A stretch of 64,000 nt of DNA from Alphaproteobacteria bacterium (GTDB lineage Bacteria > Pseudomonadota > Alphaproteobacteria > Micropepsales > Micropepsaceae). Below are positions 27,936-37,150 of the stretch, piece after piece. Location of the stretch: NCBI GenBank assembly GCA_021324545.1, contig JAJPIX010000036.1:1249-65248 (forward strand). Reading direction: 5' to 3'. The first letter of the stretch is position 1. Each line of letters starts with the position of its first letter. Position numbers and translations under genes: made by a program. The notes below the pieces were generated by a model. It did no database searches, was not told the DNA's origin, and saw nothing but the letters and a program-made list of their open reading frames with translations.

Positions 27936-28860
27936 GGGGCGTCTCCTTCTTCAGCGCAAGCGCGCGCGCATAAATCACCCGGCGCGGCAGCACAAGCGCC
28001 TCGGCCACAAGATCGGCGGCCGCACGCACGGGCATGAAGGCCAGCGCCTGTTCCAGAAGCCGCTCCGCGCGCGAAAAATCCGGCGCTGGATTTTCCGGCG
28101 GCGCGATGACAAGCGTCACCTCGCCCTTCGGGGCGCCGGTCCTGCCATAATGCGCGGCAAGGTCGGAAAGCCGGCCGCGCCGGACATCTTCGTAAAGCTT
28201 CGTCAGTTCGCGCGCCACCACCGCCTCGCGCGCGCCCAGAACCTCGGCCATGTCCGCGAGCGATTCCGCCAGCCGTTGCGGCGCCTCGTAGAAGACAAGC
28301 GTCGCCGGAACGGCTTTCAGCGATTGCAGGATGCGCCGCCTTTCGCCCGGCTTCGGCGCAAGGAAGCCGGTGAAGAGAAAGCGGTCGGTGGGCAAGCCCG
28401 CCTGCACAAGCGCGGCAAGAAGGGCCGAGGCGCCGGGCACCGCGTGCACCGCAAGGCCCGCCGACAAGGCTTCGCGCACGAGCTTGAATCCCGGGTCGGA
28501 GACAAGCGGGGTTCCGGCGTCGCTGACAAGCGCCACGCGCGCGCCCGCCTTCAGCTTTGCCAGAATTTTCGGCCTCTCGCGGGCCGCATTGTGGTCGTTG
28601 TAGGAAACCAGCCGCTTCGAAAGGCCATAAATCGCAAACAGCTTCGCCGTCACGCGGGTGTCTTCCGCCGCAACAAGATCGCAGGCCGAAAGCACATCGA
28701 GCGCCCGCAGGGAAAGATCGCGGGCGTTTCCGATGGGCGTTGCGACAACATAGAGGCCCGGTTCGAGCGCCACCGCTTGCGCTTTGACCGCGCCTTGAGA
28801 ATGATGGGCCTCCCGCCGCGTCGAGAGGGTGGAAGCCGATGAATCCGGGCGTTGTGTCAT
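27928..28860 (-). CDS. rsmI: 16S rRNA (cytidine1402-2'-O)-methyltransferase RsmI
   Basis: GLYVVATPIGNARDLSLRALDVL, TDAGTP-like SDAGTPLVSDPG, FYEAPQR. Start taken at ATG 28858-28860; the longer ORF-track start is unlikely. Confidence 0.9.
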   Translation of the reverse strand: MTQRPDSSASTLSTRREAHHSQGAVKAQAVALEPGLYVVATPIGNARDLSLRALDVLSACDLVAAEDTRVTAKLFAIYGLSKRLVSYNDHNAARERPKILAKLKAGARVALVSDAGTPLVSDPGFKLVREALSAGLAVHAVPGASALLAALVQAGLPTDRFLFTGFLAPKPGERRRILQSLKAVPATLVFYEAPQRLAESLADMAEVLGAREAVVARELTKLYEDVRRGRLSDLAAHYGRTGAPKGEVTLVIAPPENPAPDFSRAERLLEQALAFMPVRAAADLVAEALVLPRRVIYARALALKKETPLG

Positions 28861-30083
28861 TGCCGTCCCCGCGCCGGCGCGGAATGTGCGCCATCGCGGG
28901 CCTTGTGGCGATAGCCGCATTGGCCGGATGCACGACCACGCCGCCGCAGCCGCCGGCCCCGCCGCCGGTCCCATCGGGGCCGCCGGCGACGCATCCCTTG
29001 ACGGCCAATCAGCCGGAATTCCTGACCCTGCCGAACATCGCGCCCAATGCGACGCCGGTGCGCATCGGCATTCTTCTGCCCTTCACCAACAGCGCGCCGG
29101 GCGTACGCGCGCTGGCGGACGCCATGATGAAATCGGCGGAGCTTGCGCTGTTCGACGCAAACAGGGCCGACGTGATCCTGATGTCGGCGGACGAGGGCAA
29201 CACGCCCGAAGATGCCGCAGCCGCCGCCGGCAAGCTGCTCGATCAGGGCGCGGAAGTGATCGTGGGGCCGCTCTTCGCCCAGTCGGTTTCGGCGGTGGCG
29301 CCCATCGCGCATGATCACGCCGTGCCTGTGATCGCTTTTTCCAGCGACCGCACGGTGGGCGGCGACGGCGTTTATCTGCTGAGCTTCCAGCCGGAAAACG
29401 AAGTCAAGCGCATCGTCTCTTATGCCGTGTCCCAGGGCCATGCGAATTTCGCCGCGCTGATCCCGCAGACACCCTATGGCGAGCATGTGTCCAAGGTGTT
29501 TGCCGATGATGTGACGGCCGCGGGCGGCAAGGTGGTGGACGTGGAGCGGTTCGAGCCTACGCCGGACGGCGTGAGCGCGCCGTCAAAGGCCGTGGCCGCA
29601 ACCGGCGCCGACGCGATTCTGATCGCGCAGGGCGGCACGCTTCTGCGCGCAATCGCGCCCACGCTGGCAACCGACGGCGTGGACGAGACGAAGGTGAAGC
29701 TTCTGGGCACCGGCGTGTGGGACGATGAATCCATCACCAAGGAACCGGCGGTGAGCGGCGGCTGGTTTGCAGCGCCCCAGAAGGATGACGACGCCGCCTT
29801 CGCCGCCAAGTACAAGAATGTCTATGGCCAGGCCCCGCCGCGGCTTGCGCCGCTTGCCTACGATGCCGTGTCGCTTGTGGAAACGCTGGCCACCGGTCCC
29901 GCCTATCACCGCTTTACGGCGCAGGCGCTGACCGATCCCAACGGGTTTGCCGGCGTGGACGGCATCTTCCGCTTCGAACCGGATGGCAGCGCCGAGCGCG
30001 GCCTTGCCGTGATGGAAGTGACGCCGGACGGATTTACGGTGGTTTCGCCCGCGCCAAAAACCTTCCAGGCGCAGGGATCGTGA
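28839..30083 (+). CDS. LpoA-like / type-1 periplasmic-binding-fold lipoprotein (penicillin-binding protein activator type)
   Basis: 414 codons with lipobox LAGC|T and a Leu/Ile/Val-binding-protein-like fold (IGILLPFTNSAPG...VIVGPLF). Divergent from rsmI, as lpoA is in enterobacteria. Confidence 0.65.
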   Translation: MNPGVVSLPSPRRRGMCAIAGLVAIAALAGCTTTPPQPPAPPPVPSGPPATHPLTANQPEFLTLPNIAPNATPVRIGILLPFTNSAPGVRALADAMMKSAELALFDANRADVILMSADEGNTPEDAAAAAGKLLDQGAEVIVGPLFAQSVSAVAPIAHDHAVPVIAFSSDRTVGGDGVYLLSFQPENEVKRIVSYAVSQGHANFAALIPQTPYGEHVSKVFADDVTAAGGKVVDVERFEPTPDGVSAPSKAVAATGADAILIAQGGTLLRAIAPTLATDGVDETKVKLLGTGVWDDESITKEPAVSGGWFAAPQKDDDAAFAAKYKNVYGQAPPRLAPLAYDAVSLVETLATGPAYHRFTAQALTDPNGFAGVDGIFRFEPDGSAERGLAVMEVTPDGFTVVSPAPKTFQAQGS

Positions 30084-30126
30084 TTTCAGCCCGCGTCCTC
30101 ATCCTGAGCCCGCCGAAGGTTGAGGC

Positions 30127-31266
30127 TTATGCCGCGAGCGCTTCGATCACGCGGTTGAGGACAAGCCGGCCGCGCGGGCTGGCGGCAATCACATCGCCCC
30201 GCCGCATGAGCAGGTCATCATCCTGCAACGATGCAAGCCGTTCCTCATCCGGCGCAAAGCCCCAGCGATCGCGGTAGGCGCGCAGGTCCAGGCCTTCGGT
30301 GAGGCGCAAATTCATGAGCAGGTGTTCGCGCGCCGCATCGCGCGGCGCAATGTCGGCCATCCCGGCCAGGCCGTTTCCTTCGCGTTCGACCTTCTGGCGC
30401 CAGCGTTCGGGAAGTTTCTCGTTGACGGTGGCGATGCGTTTGCCGCCAAGATCAAGCCGGCCGTGCGCGCCCGGACCGGATCCTGCATATTCGCCATAGC
30501 GCCAATAAAGAAGATTGTGACGGCATTGCGCGCCCGGACGCGCGTGATTGGAAATTTCATAGGGCGGAACGCCGGCCTTTTCCGTCATCTCCTGGGTGAT
30601 TTCGTAAAGCGCGGCGGCGCGGTCTTCATCGGGAATTTTCAGCTTGCCGCTGCGATGAAGCGCGGCAAAGGGCGTGGCCGGCTCGATGGTGAGCTGATAG
30701 AGCGAAAGATGCTCCGTGCCGAAGGCAAGCGCCTCTTCGAGCTCCGCCCGCCATTGCGCAAGCGGCTGGTTCGGCCGCGCATAAATGAGATCGAGCGACA
30801 CGCGCGCAAATGCGCCCATCGCCATGCGCAACGCGGCCTTCGCCTCTTCGGCATTGTGCAGGCGGCCCAGCATCTTGAGATCGGCGTCGTTCAGCGCCTG
30901 CACGCCGAGCGACAGGCGGTTGACGCCGGCGGCCGCATAATCGCGGAACCGGGCGGCATCGGCGCTGGCCGGGTTGGATTCGAGGGTGATTTCGGCATCG
31001 GGCTGCACCCTCCAGTGGCGCGCAATTTCGTCGAGCACCAGGCCCACCGTCCTTCCCTGCATGAGCGAGGGCGTGCCGCCGCCGAAGAACACCGTTTCGA
31101 CCGCCGGCCGCTCTGCGCCCTGCAGGGCAGCGATATATGAAAGCTCCCGCGCAATCGCATCGGCCCAGCCCCGCTCGTCGATGGCGCTGCGCACATGGCT
31201 GTTGAAATCGCAGTAAGGACATTTGGCGGCGCAGAACGGCCAGTGGATGTAGATGCCAAAACTCAT
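30127..31266 (-). CDS. hemW: radical SAM family haem chaperone HemW
   Basis: [18 protein letters not shown] radical-SAM cluster motif and a HemN_C-like tail. Confidence 0.9.
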   Translation of the reverse strand: MSFGIYIHWPFCAAKCPYCDFNSHVRSAIDERGWADAIARELSYIAALQGAERPAVETVFFGGGTPSLMQGRTVGLVLDEIARHWRVQPDAEITLESNPASADAARFRDYAAAGVNRLSLGVQALNDADLKMLGRLHNAEEAKAALRMAMGAFARVSLDLIYARPNQPLAQWRAELEEALAFGTEHLSLYQLTIEPATPFAALHRSGKLKIPDEDRAAALYEITQEMTEKAGVPPYEISNHARPGAQCRHNLLYWRYGEYAGSGPGAHGRLDLGGKRIATVNEKLPERWRQKVEREGNGLAGMADIAPRDAAREHLLMNLRLTEGLDLRAYRDRWGFAPDEERLASLQDDDLLMRRGDVIAASPRGRLVLNRVIEALAA

Positions 31267-31865
31267 TTCGGCGCCATGGCGGCCGCGAATTTCGCAAAGG
31301 CCCGCGCCCGGTGGCTGACCGCATGTTTTTCGTGCGGATCGATTTCGCCGAAAGTGCGCGTCATGCCCTGCGGCACGAAGATGGGATCATAGCCGAAGCC
31401 TTTTTGCCCGCGCGGCGGAAATTCCAGATGGCCTTCGATTTCGCCTTCGAAGATTTCCGTTTCGCCCCCGGGCGAAGAAAGCGCCAGCGCGCAGACGAAT
31501 TTCGCGGAGCGATCCCGCGCATCCCTTTCCTTCAGCATGCGCTCCACGCGCGCCATGGCGGGGCCAAAGTCCTTGCCCGGCCCCGCCCAGCGCGCCGAAT
31601 GGACGCCCGGCGCCCCGCCCAGCGCCGCAACCACAAGGCCCGAATCGTCGGCCAGCGCATAAAGCCCGCTCGCCTTCGCCGCCGCGCGCGCCTTCAGCGC
31701 CGCATTGCCCGCAAATGTGCCTTCGGTTTCTTCCGGCTCGGGCAGGCCAAGTTCGCCCGCGCTTTTCACCGCAAGCCCCAGCGGCGCAAGCAGTTCGGCG
31801 ATTTCGGCGCACTTGCCGGGATTGTGTGTTGCAACGACGATGGTCTGGCCGCGGCTGAGCTTCAT
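31263..31865 (-). CDS. rdgB: RdgB/HAM1 non-canonical purine NTP pyrophosphatase
   Basis: 200 codons. [15 protein letters not shown] and GFGYDPIF motifs. ATGA overlaps with rph and hemW. Confidence 0.9.
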   Translation of the reverse strand: MKLSRGQTIVVATHNPGKCAEIAELLAPLGLAVKSAGELGLPEPEETEGTFAGNAALKARAAAKASGLYALADDSGLVVAALGGAPGVHSARWAGPGKDFGPAMARVERMLKERDARDRSAKFVCALALSSPGGETEIFEGEIEGHLEFPPRGQKGFGYDPIFVPQGMTRTFGEIDPHEKHAVSHRARAFAKFAAAMAPK

Positions 31866-32575
31866 CCCGTGATCTTCTTCTGGAGCTCGATCAGCTCGGC
31901 CACGCCCTTGCGCGCCAGATGCAAAAGCGCGGTGAGCTGTTCGTCGGTGAAAGGGGCGCCTTCGGCCGTGCCCTGGATTTCGACAAGCCCGCCCGCACCG
32001 GTGAGAACGAAATTGGCGTCCACTTCGGCGACAGAATCCTCCGAATAGTCGAGATCGAGCAGCGCCTCGCCCTTGAGAATTCCACACGACACCGCCGCCA
32101 CATGATCCTTGAGGACGGGCTTGCTCACCATGCCCGTCTTCTTCATGAACGCGATGCACTGATGCAGGGCGATGAACCCGCCGGTGACGGAAGCCGTGCG
32201 CGTGCCGCCGTCGGCCTGAAGCACGTCGCAATCGATCACGATCTGCCGCTCGCCCAGCGCGGAAAGATCGGTGATGGCACGCAAGCTGCGGCCGACCAGC
32301 CGCTGGATTTCCAGCGTGCGGCCGGACTGCCGCCCCGTCGCCGCCTCGCGGCGCATGCGTTCGCCCGTGGAACGCGGCAGCATGCCGTATTCCGCCGTGA
32401 CCCAGCCCTTGCCGCTGCCCTTCAGGAACGCCGGCGTGCCCTCCTGCAGGGACGCGCTCACGAACACATGGGTGTCGCCGAATTTCACCAGGCAGGAGCC
32501 TTCGGCGTGCTTGGCGATGTTCGGTTCCAGCGTGACGGGGCGCATCTGGTTGGCGGCGCGCGCATTCAGGCGCAT
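31862..32575 (-). CDS. rph: ribonuclease PH
   Basis: 237 codons from ATG 32573-32575. [42 protein letters not shown]. Confidence 0.95.
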   Translation of the reverse strand: MRLNARAANQMRPVTLEPNIAKHAEGSCLVKFGDTHVFVSASLQEGTPAFLKGSGKGWVTAEYGMLPRSTGERMRREAATGRQSGRTLEIQRLVGRSLRAITDLSALGERQIVIDCDVLQADGGTRTASVTGGFIALHQCIAFMKKTGMVSKPVLKDHVAAVSCGILKGEALLDLDYSEDSVAEVDANFVLTGAGGLVEIQGTAEGAPFTDEQLTALLHLARKGVAELIELQKKITG

Positions 32576-32581
32576 GGCAAT

Positions 32582-32613
32582 CCCTTGAAGTGCTAGGCTT
32601 CTGCCGCTACCTA
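32582..32613 (+). promoter_or_regulatory. RpoH (sigma32)-like promoter candidate for hrcA-grpE
   Basis: CCCTTGAA (32582-32589), 14-nt spacer, CCGCTACCTA. Compare the E. coli sigma32 consensus CCCTTGAA-N13-15-CCCCATNTA. About 80 nt upstream of hrcA. Confidence 0.35.
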
Positions 32614-32696
32614 GCCTTGCCGGGTGGACGAGCGCAACGCGCGCCCGAAGCCAGCCGGGAAACGGCAACAAAACGAACGGTTTTCACGTGTCGGGC

Positions 32697-33767
32697 ATGA
32701 ACACCGGTGTTCAGGATGTGGGCCAGCTGGGCGAGCGGCCGCGCGAGATTTTCCGACGGCTTGTGGAAGCTTATCTGTCGTCCGGCGAGCCGGTGGGATC
32801 GCGCACGCTTTCGCAAAAGCTGCCGATAACGCTGTCGCCCGCGTCGATCCGCAACGTCATGGCGGACCTTGAAGCCATGGGGCTTCTCTACGCGCCGCAC
32901 ACCAGTGCCGGCCGGGTGCCCACAGAGCGCGGTCTGCGGCTCTTCGTGGACGGGCTGCTGGAGGTGGGCGAGCTTGCCCCCAACGAGCGATTGGCGATCG
33001 AAGCGCGCATCTCCGAAACCGGCCGCGGGCTTGAAGACGTGCTCACCCAGGCGACCGTCATGCTGTCGGGGCTTTCGCGCTGCGCGGGCCTCGTGGTGGC
33101 GCCCAAGCAGGACGGCGCGGTCAAGCATGTGGAGTTTGTCGCCGTGTCGCCCGGCAAGGGACTGGTGGTCATCGTGGGCGAAGACGGCCAGGTGGAAAAC
33201 CGCCTGATCGATCTGCCCAAGGGCCTGCCCGCATCGGCGCTGGCCGAAGCCTCCAACTACATCAGCGCGCGCCTGAGGGGGCGCACGCTGGAAGATGCGC
33301 GGGCGGAAATCATGGCCGAGCTCGAAACCGACCGCGCCGCGCTCGATGAACTGACGGCCAAGATCGTGTCGGAGGGGCTTGCCACACTTGCCTCGCAGCC
33401 CGGGCTTGCAAGGCAGGCCGAAGAGAAGGTGCTCATCGTGCGCGGCACGTCGCATCTTCTCGACAGCGTGGAAGCGCAAGGCGATCTGGAACGCATCCGC
33501 ACGCTGTTCGAGGATATCGAGCGCAAGAACGATCTCATCCGGCTGCTCGAGCTCGCCAAGCAGGGCGACGGCGTGCGCATTTTCATCGGATCGGAAAACC
33601 GGCTGTTCAGCCTTTCGGGTTCATCCATCGTGGCTGCGCCCTATGCCAATGCCGCCGGCAAGATCGTGGGCGTGGTGGGCGTGCTTGGCCCCACGCGCCT
33701 GAACTACGCGCGGATCATTCCGATGGTGGATTACACCGCCCGCGTGGTGGGCCGATTGCTGGGCTGA
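32697..33767 (+). CDS. hrcA: heat-inducible transcription repressor HrcA
   Basis: REIFRRLVEAYLSSGEPVGSRTLS winged-helix N-terminus, followed directly by grpE. A GTG at 32688 is an alternative start. Confidence 0.9.
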   Translation: MNTGVQDVGQLGERPREIFRRLVEAYLSSGEPVGSRTLSQKLPITLSPASIRNVMADLEAMGLLYAPHTSAGRVPTERGLRLFVDGLLEVGELAPNERLAIEARISETGRGLEDVLTQATVMLSGLSRCAGLVVAPKQDGAVKHVEFVAVSPGKGLVVIVGEDGQVENRLIDLPKGLPASALAEASNYISARLRGRTLEDARAEIMAELETDRAALDELTAKIVSEGLATLASQPGLARQAEEKVLIVRGTSHLLDSVEAQGDLERIRTLFEDIERKNDLIRLLELAKQGDGVRIFIGSENRLFSLSGSSIVAAPYANAAGKIVGVVGVLGPTRLNYARIIPMVDYTARVVGRLLG

Positions 33768-33787
33768 GGCGTTTTCAGGGATCGAAC

Positions 33788-34366
33788 ATGAGCGACGACG
33801 AATTCGAGGATTCCGCGAGCGCCGAAACGCCGCCGCCTTCGGGCGGCGATCAGGACGCGGCGGCGCTGAAGGCCGAGCTTGCCGAGACGAGGGACAAGCT
33901 CCTGCGTGCGCTGGCCGAAGTGGAGAACACCCGCCGGCGCGCCGAGCGCGAGCGGCTGGACATTTCGCAATATGCCATCGCCGGTTTTGCGCGCGATATG
34001 CTGCAGATCGCCGACAACTTCGCGCGCGCCCTGGCCGCCTGCCCGAAGGACAGGCTCGAATCCGCCGACCCGCAGGTGAAAGCGGTGATCGAAGGCGTTG
34101 AGGCGACCGAGCGCCAGCTGCTTGCCACGCTCGAGCGCCACGGCGTGAAACCCATCGACACCTCCGATGGCAGATTCGACCCCAACCTGCACCAGGCCAT
34201 CGCCGAAGTGCCCGGCGAGGGAAAGCCCGCGGGCTCGATCGTGCATGTCGTGCAGGCCGGTTACACGATCGGCGAGCGGCTGCTTCGGCCCGCGATGGTC
34301 ACCGTGGCGCGCAAGGATGCCGCCGACGCCCCGCCCGCCGGCGGAAAGATCGACACCAAGGCCTGA
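33788..34366 (+). CDS. grpE: nucleotide exchange factor GrpE
   Basis: 192 codons with a coiled-coil N-part and FDPNLHQAIAEV...V.QAGY C-terminal motifs. Confidence 0.95.
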   Translation: MSDDEFEDSASAETPPPSGGDQDAAALKAELAETRDKLLRALAEVENTRRRAERERLDISQYAIAGFARDMLQIADNFARALAACPKDRLESADPQVKAVIEGVEATERQLLATLERHGVKPIDTSDGRFDPNLHQAIAEVPGEGKPAGSIVHVVQAGYTIGERLLRPAMVTVARKDAADAPPAGGKIDTKA

Positions 34367-34399
34367 CGCCGGCTTGCGCTTTCGCGCTAGACTGGGCGC

Positions 34400-35446
34400 A
34401 TGAGCGAAGCTGCCGCCGCAATCGCCGCCGATCTGGCCACATCGGACCGCAAGGCCTATTTCGAGCAGCGCATCTTCGTGTTCTCGCCGCTTGGCACGCT
34501 TGCGACCGCGTTTCTGATTTTCGCGCTGTTTGCGGGCGCCTATTGGCTTTGCGCCGCGCTCGATGGCGCGGCGATTTTTGCGCCCGGGCCGGCAAGCCTG
34601 TGGCTCTCAGCGCGCAGCCAGGTGGCGTTTTCGCTTTCGCTGATTGTGGCCACGATTCTGGGCGTCCAGCGCCATGCGCGCATCCGGGAGCGGCGCGATC
34701 TTCAGGCGCTGGCCGCCATCCTTGAGGGCGGCGCGGCAAGCGCAAGCTTCTTTGCGAAACTGACGCCGCAGGGCGCAAGGCTCTGGCAGGCGACAGCGGC
34801 GGGCGTGCTCATCGGCCTTGTGGCGGGCTGGTTCCTGCGCTTTCGCGGCGGCGACATGGGCCCGGCCGCGCAAGCCTGGTTTGCCTTTGTGACCGTGGTG
34901 CTTTTCGTTCTCTTCACGCGCGGATTTGAACTCACCCGGATATCGGGACAAAACGTGCGCGCGGTTTTCGAGCGCGAACTCATGATCGATCTTCTGCGCA
35001 TCGAAAAACTGTCGGTCATCGGGCGCGCGGCGGCGCGCGTGGCGCTGATCTGGTTTGTGAGCACGGCGGCGTTCTGCCTTCTGTTTCTCAATATGGGGCT
35101 GACGCTGTTCACGGTCGGCTTTGTCGTGGCCTGCGCGGCGATGGGCGTGTGGATTTTCGTGTTCACGATGGAGCAGGTGCATCGCAGGATCTGCGCGGCA
35201 AAAGCCGAAGAGCTCGAACATATCCGCCGCGACATCGAAGCTGCGCGCCTGGGCGCAACCGCCGGCGCCGGTGCGGCCGCGCGGCTGCAGGGACTGGTCG
35301 CCTATGAAGAGCGCATCGCGCGCGTGCCGGAATGGCCGTCCGATCAGACGACGCTGATGCGCGTGGGCGCATCGGCGCTGATTCTGGCTCTGCCGTGGTT
35401 CGGCCAGGCCGTTGCAGCGTCGTTGATCGAGCATCTGGGGCATTGA
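34400..35446 (+). CDS. polytopic membrane protein, unknown function
   Basis: 348 codons with about 6 hydrophobic helices. Codon usage is like its neighbours. It sits 33 nt after grpE and ends 2 nt before the dapB ATG. Confidence 0.6.
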   Translation: MSEAAAAIAADLATSDRKAYFEQRIFVFSPLGTLATAFLIFALFAGAYWLCAALDGAAIFAPGPASLWLSARSQVAFSLSLIVATILGVQRHARIRERRDLQALAAILEGGAASASFFAKLTPQGARLWQATAAGVLIGLVAGWFLRFRGGDMGPAAQAWFAFVTVVLFVLFTRGFELTRISGQNVRAVFERELMIDLLRIEKLSVIGRAAARVALIWFVSTAAFCLLFLNMGLTLFTVGFVVACAAMGVWIFVFTMEQVHRRICAAKAEELEHIRRDIEAARLGATAGAGAAARLQGLVAYEERIARVPEWPSDQTTLMRVGASALILALPWFGQAVAASLIEHLGH

Positions 35447-35448
35447 AC

Positions 35449-36177
35449 ATGAGCGGGATCAGGATCGTGGTGGCCGGCGCGGCCGGGCGCATGGGAAAGG
35501 CCGTCATCGGGGCCATCGAACAGGCCGCCGATTGCACGCTGTCGGCTGCGATCAGGCGCGGCGAAGATCCGGCGCCCCTGCTGACGGGCGCCGATGTGTT
35601 GATCGAATTCACCGAACCGCGTGCCGCCGTGGCGCTGGCGCAGGCAGCCGTCCGCGCGCAGGTGCCGCTGGTCAGCGGCACGACGGGTCTTTCGCCGGAA
35701 GAGGACGCCAAAATCCGCGCGACGGCCAGATCCATTCCTGTGCTGCGCTCGGGGAACATGAGTGCGGGCGTTGCGCTTCTGGCTTCCTTCGCCAGACAGG
35801 CCGCCCGCGCGCTTCCCGGATTCGATATCGAAATTCTCGACATCCATCATCGCCACAAGAAGGACGCCCCATCCGGCACGGCCCTGCTTCTGGGCAAGGC
35901 CGCCGCGGAAGGACGCGGACTCGCGCCGGGCGAAGGCCGGCTGCGCGACGCGCAATCGCCCGCACGAAAGGACGGCGAGATCGGCTATGTCTCGCTGCGC
36001 GGCGGCAGCGTGGTGGGCGAGCATGAAGTGATCTTCGCCGGCCCCTCCGAACGGCTTGTGCTCCGGCACATCGCCGAAGATCGCGCCATCTTCGCAAACG
36101 GGGCGCTTTCCGCCGCGCGCTGGATCGTGGGCAAAAAACCCGGGCTCTATGCGATGACCGACGTGCTTGGCCTCTGA
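35449..36177 (+). CDS. dapB: 4-hydroxy-tetrahydrodipicolinate reductase
   Basis: 242 codons from ATG 35449. IVVAGAAGRMG Rossmann motif and HHRHKKDAPSGTA catalytic motif. Confidence 0.95.
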   Translation: MSGIRIVVAGAAGRMGKAVIGAIEQAADCTLSAAIRRGEDPAPLLTGADVLIEFTEPRAAVALAQAAVRAQVPLVSGTTGLSPEEDAKIRATARSIPVLRSGNMSAGVALLASFARQAARALPGFDIEILDIHHRHKKDAPSGTALLLGKAAAEGRGLAPGEGRLRDAQSPARKDGEIGYVSLRGGSVVGEHEVIFAGPSERLVLRHIAEDRAIFANGALSAARWIVGKKPGLYAMTDVLGL

Positions 36178-36663
36178 TCAGGCCGGACGGAAGCTGCGCG
36201 CGTTGGACAGCGCGGTCCTGAGCGCGGCCGCGAAGCTCTTGCGAATGGCCGGCGCCAGAAAGCTTCCCACCTGCAGGCTCTTGCCGTGACTTCTGAGATA
36301 AAGCCGGTTGGAATGTTCGGTGATCTGTTCCAGCTCCACGCGCACCCAATAGGGATTGAAGCTGTGCTGGCGGGCGGTTCCTTTTGCCGGCTGGCTCAGC
36401 ACCGTCAGATTCGCCGGCGTCAACGTGACCTGTTCGAACCGGTTTGCCGCCATGCGGCTTGTATGAAACGCCCAGGCCAGCAGCGCCACATCCGCGCCCA
36501 TGAAGGGCGTCACCGGCCAGGCGCCGCGCGACAGGAAGTAGCCCGCAAACGCCAGATTCATCGCCGCCACAACCAGCAGCACGATCAGCAGCGCGCGCGG
36601 ATGCATCGGCGGATTGGGCTTCAGGCAGGCATCGAGCAGAACGGGATCGTGGTCCGCGCGCAT
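36178..36663 (-). CDS. DUF2244-like integral membrane protein
   Basis: 161 codons from ATG 36661-36663, with two TM helices then NPYWVRVEL...LRSHGK pattern. Its stop abuts the dapB stop (TGATCA). Confidence 0.65.
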   Translation of the reverse strand: MRADHDPVLLDACLKPNPPMHPRALLIVLLVVAAMNLAFAGYFLSRGAWPVTPFMGADVALLAWAFHTSRMAANRFEQVTLTPANLTVLSQPAKGTARQHSFNPYWVRVELEQITEHSNRLYLRSHGKSLQVGSFLAPAIRKSFAAALRTALSNARSFRPA

Positions 36664-36710
36664 AGCGAAAATGTGGCCCCGGATTTTTCCCGGGGCAAGG
36701 GCGCCCGAGC

Positions 36711-36731
36711 GAAAACCCGCCATGGGGCGGG
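36711..36731 (-). terminator. candidate terminator after the Gly-zipper lipoprotein gene
   Basis: CCCGCC-ATGG-GGCGGG hairpin (36716-36731), followed on the minus strand by TTTTC. Confidence 0.4.
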
Positions 36732-36750
36732 CTTTCGCATTCGCCGCGGT

Positions 36751-37050
36751 CTAGCCCGGAGGCTCGTGCCCGCAGCGCCGCTCATAAGCTTCGCGGCCGC
36801 CATGATCGCGCCAGACCGGATTGCCCAGATCAAGATCGCACGGATCGGTCGCCGCGCCGATGGCGGCACCCGACACCGCGCCAATGGCCGCGCCGGTGGC
36901 CGCGCTGCCTGTGGCCGCACCGATGGCCGCGCCGGCGCCCGCGCCGATCAGTCCGCCCGAAACCGCGCGATCGCCGGGCGTGGTGCCGCAGCCGGCCAAT
37001 GCCAGCGCGGAAATCAGACATGCCCCAAATGCGTAAACACGCAGTCTCAT
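36751..37050 (-). CDS. glycine-zipper small lipoprotein (17-kDa-antigen / YMGG-like)
   Basis: 99 codons. Lipobox LAGC|G, GxxxG-rich core GGLIGAGAGAAIGAATGSAATGAAIGAVSGAAIGAA, and a strong SD AAGGAGG 6 nt upstream. Confidence 0.75.
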   Translation of the reverse strand: MRLRVYAFGACLISALALAGCGTTPGDRAVSGGLIGAGAGAAIGAATGSAATGAAIGAVSGAAIGAATDPCDLDLGNPVWRDHGGREAYERRCGHEPPG

Positions 37051-37080
37051 TTGCTACCTCCTTGCGGACAACTTAGGCAT

Positions 37081-37105
37081 AACGGCGGGAGCGGAGTGTC
37101 GTTCC
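37081..37105 (-). promoter_or_regulatory. EcfG-type promoter match GGAAC-N16-CGTT
   Basis: The plus strand reads AACG(37081-37084)-N16-GTTCC(37101-37105), i.e. GGAAC-N16-CGTT on the minus strand. The -10 element ends 30 nt upstream of ATG 37050. Confidence 0.55.
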
Positions 37106-37150
37106 TCGCGATTCGACATTCGGGCATTTTCGTGGCGGAGCGGTTCATCC

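Noticed and set aside
32587-32597. GAAGTGCTAGG resembling one arm of the CIRCE operator (TTAGCACTC-N9-GAGTGCTAA) upstream of hrcA
   Set aside because: There is no matching second arm at the required 9-nt spacing. Only a weak 6-bp inverted repeat (GCTAGG...CCTAGC) is present.
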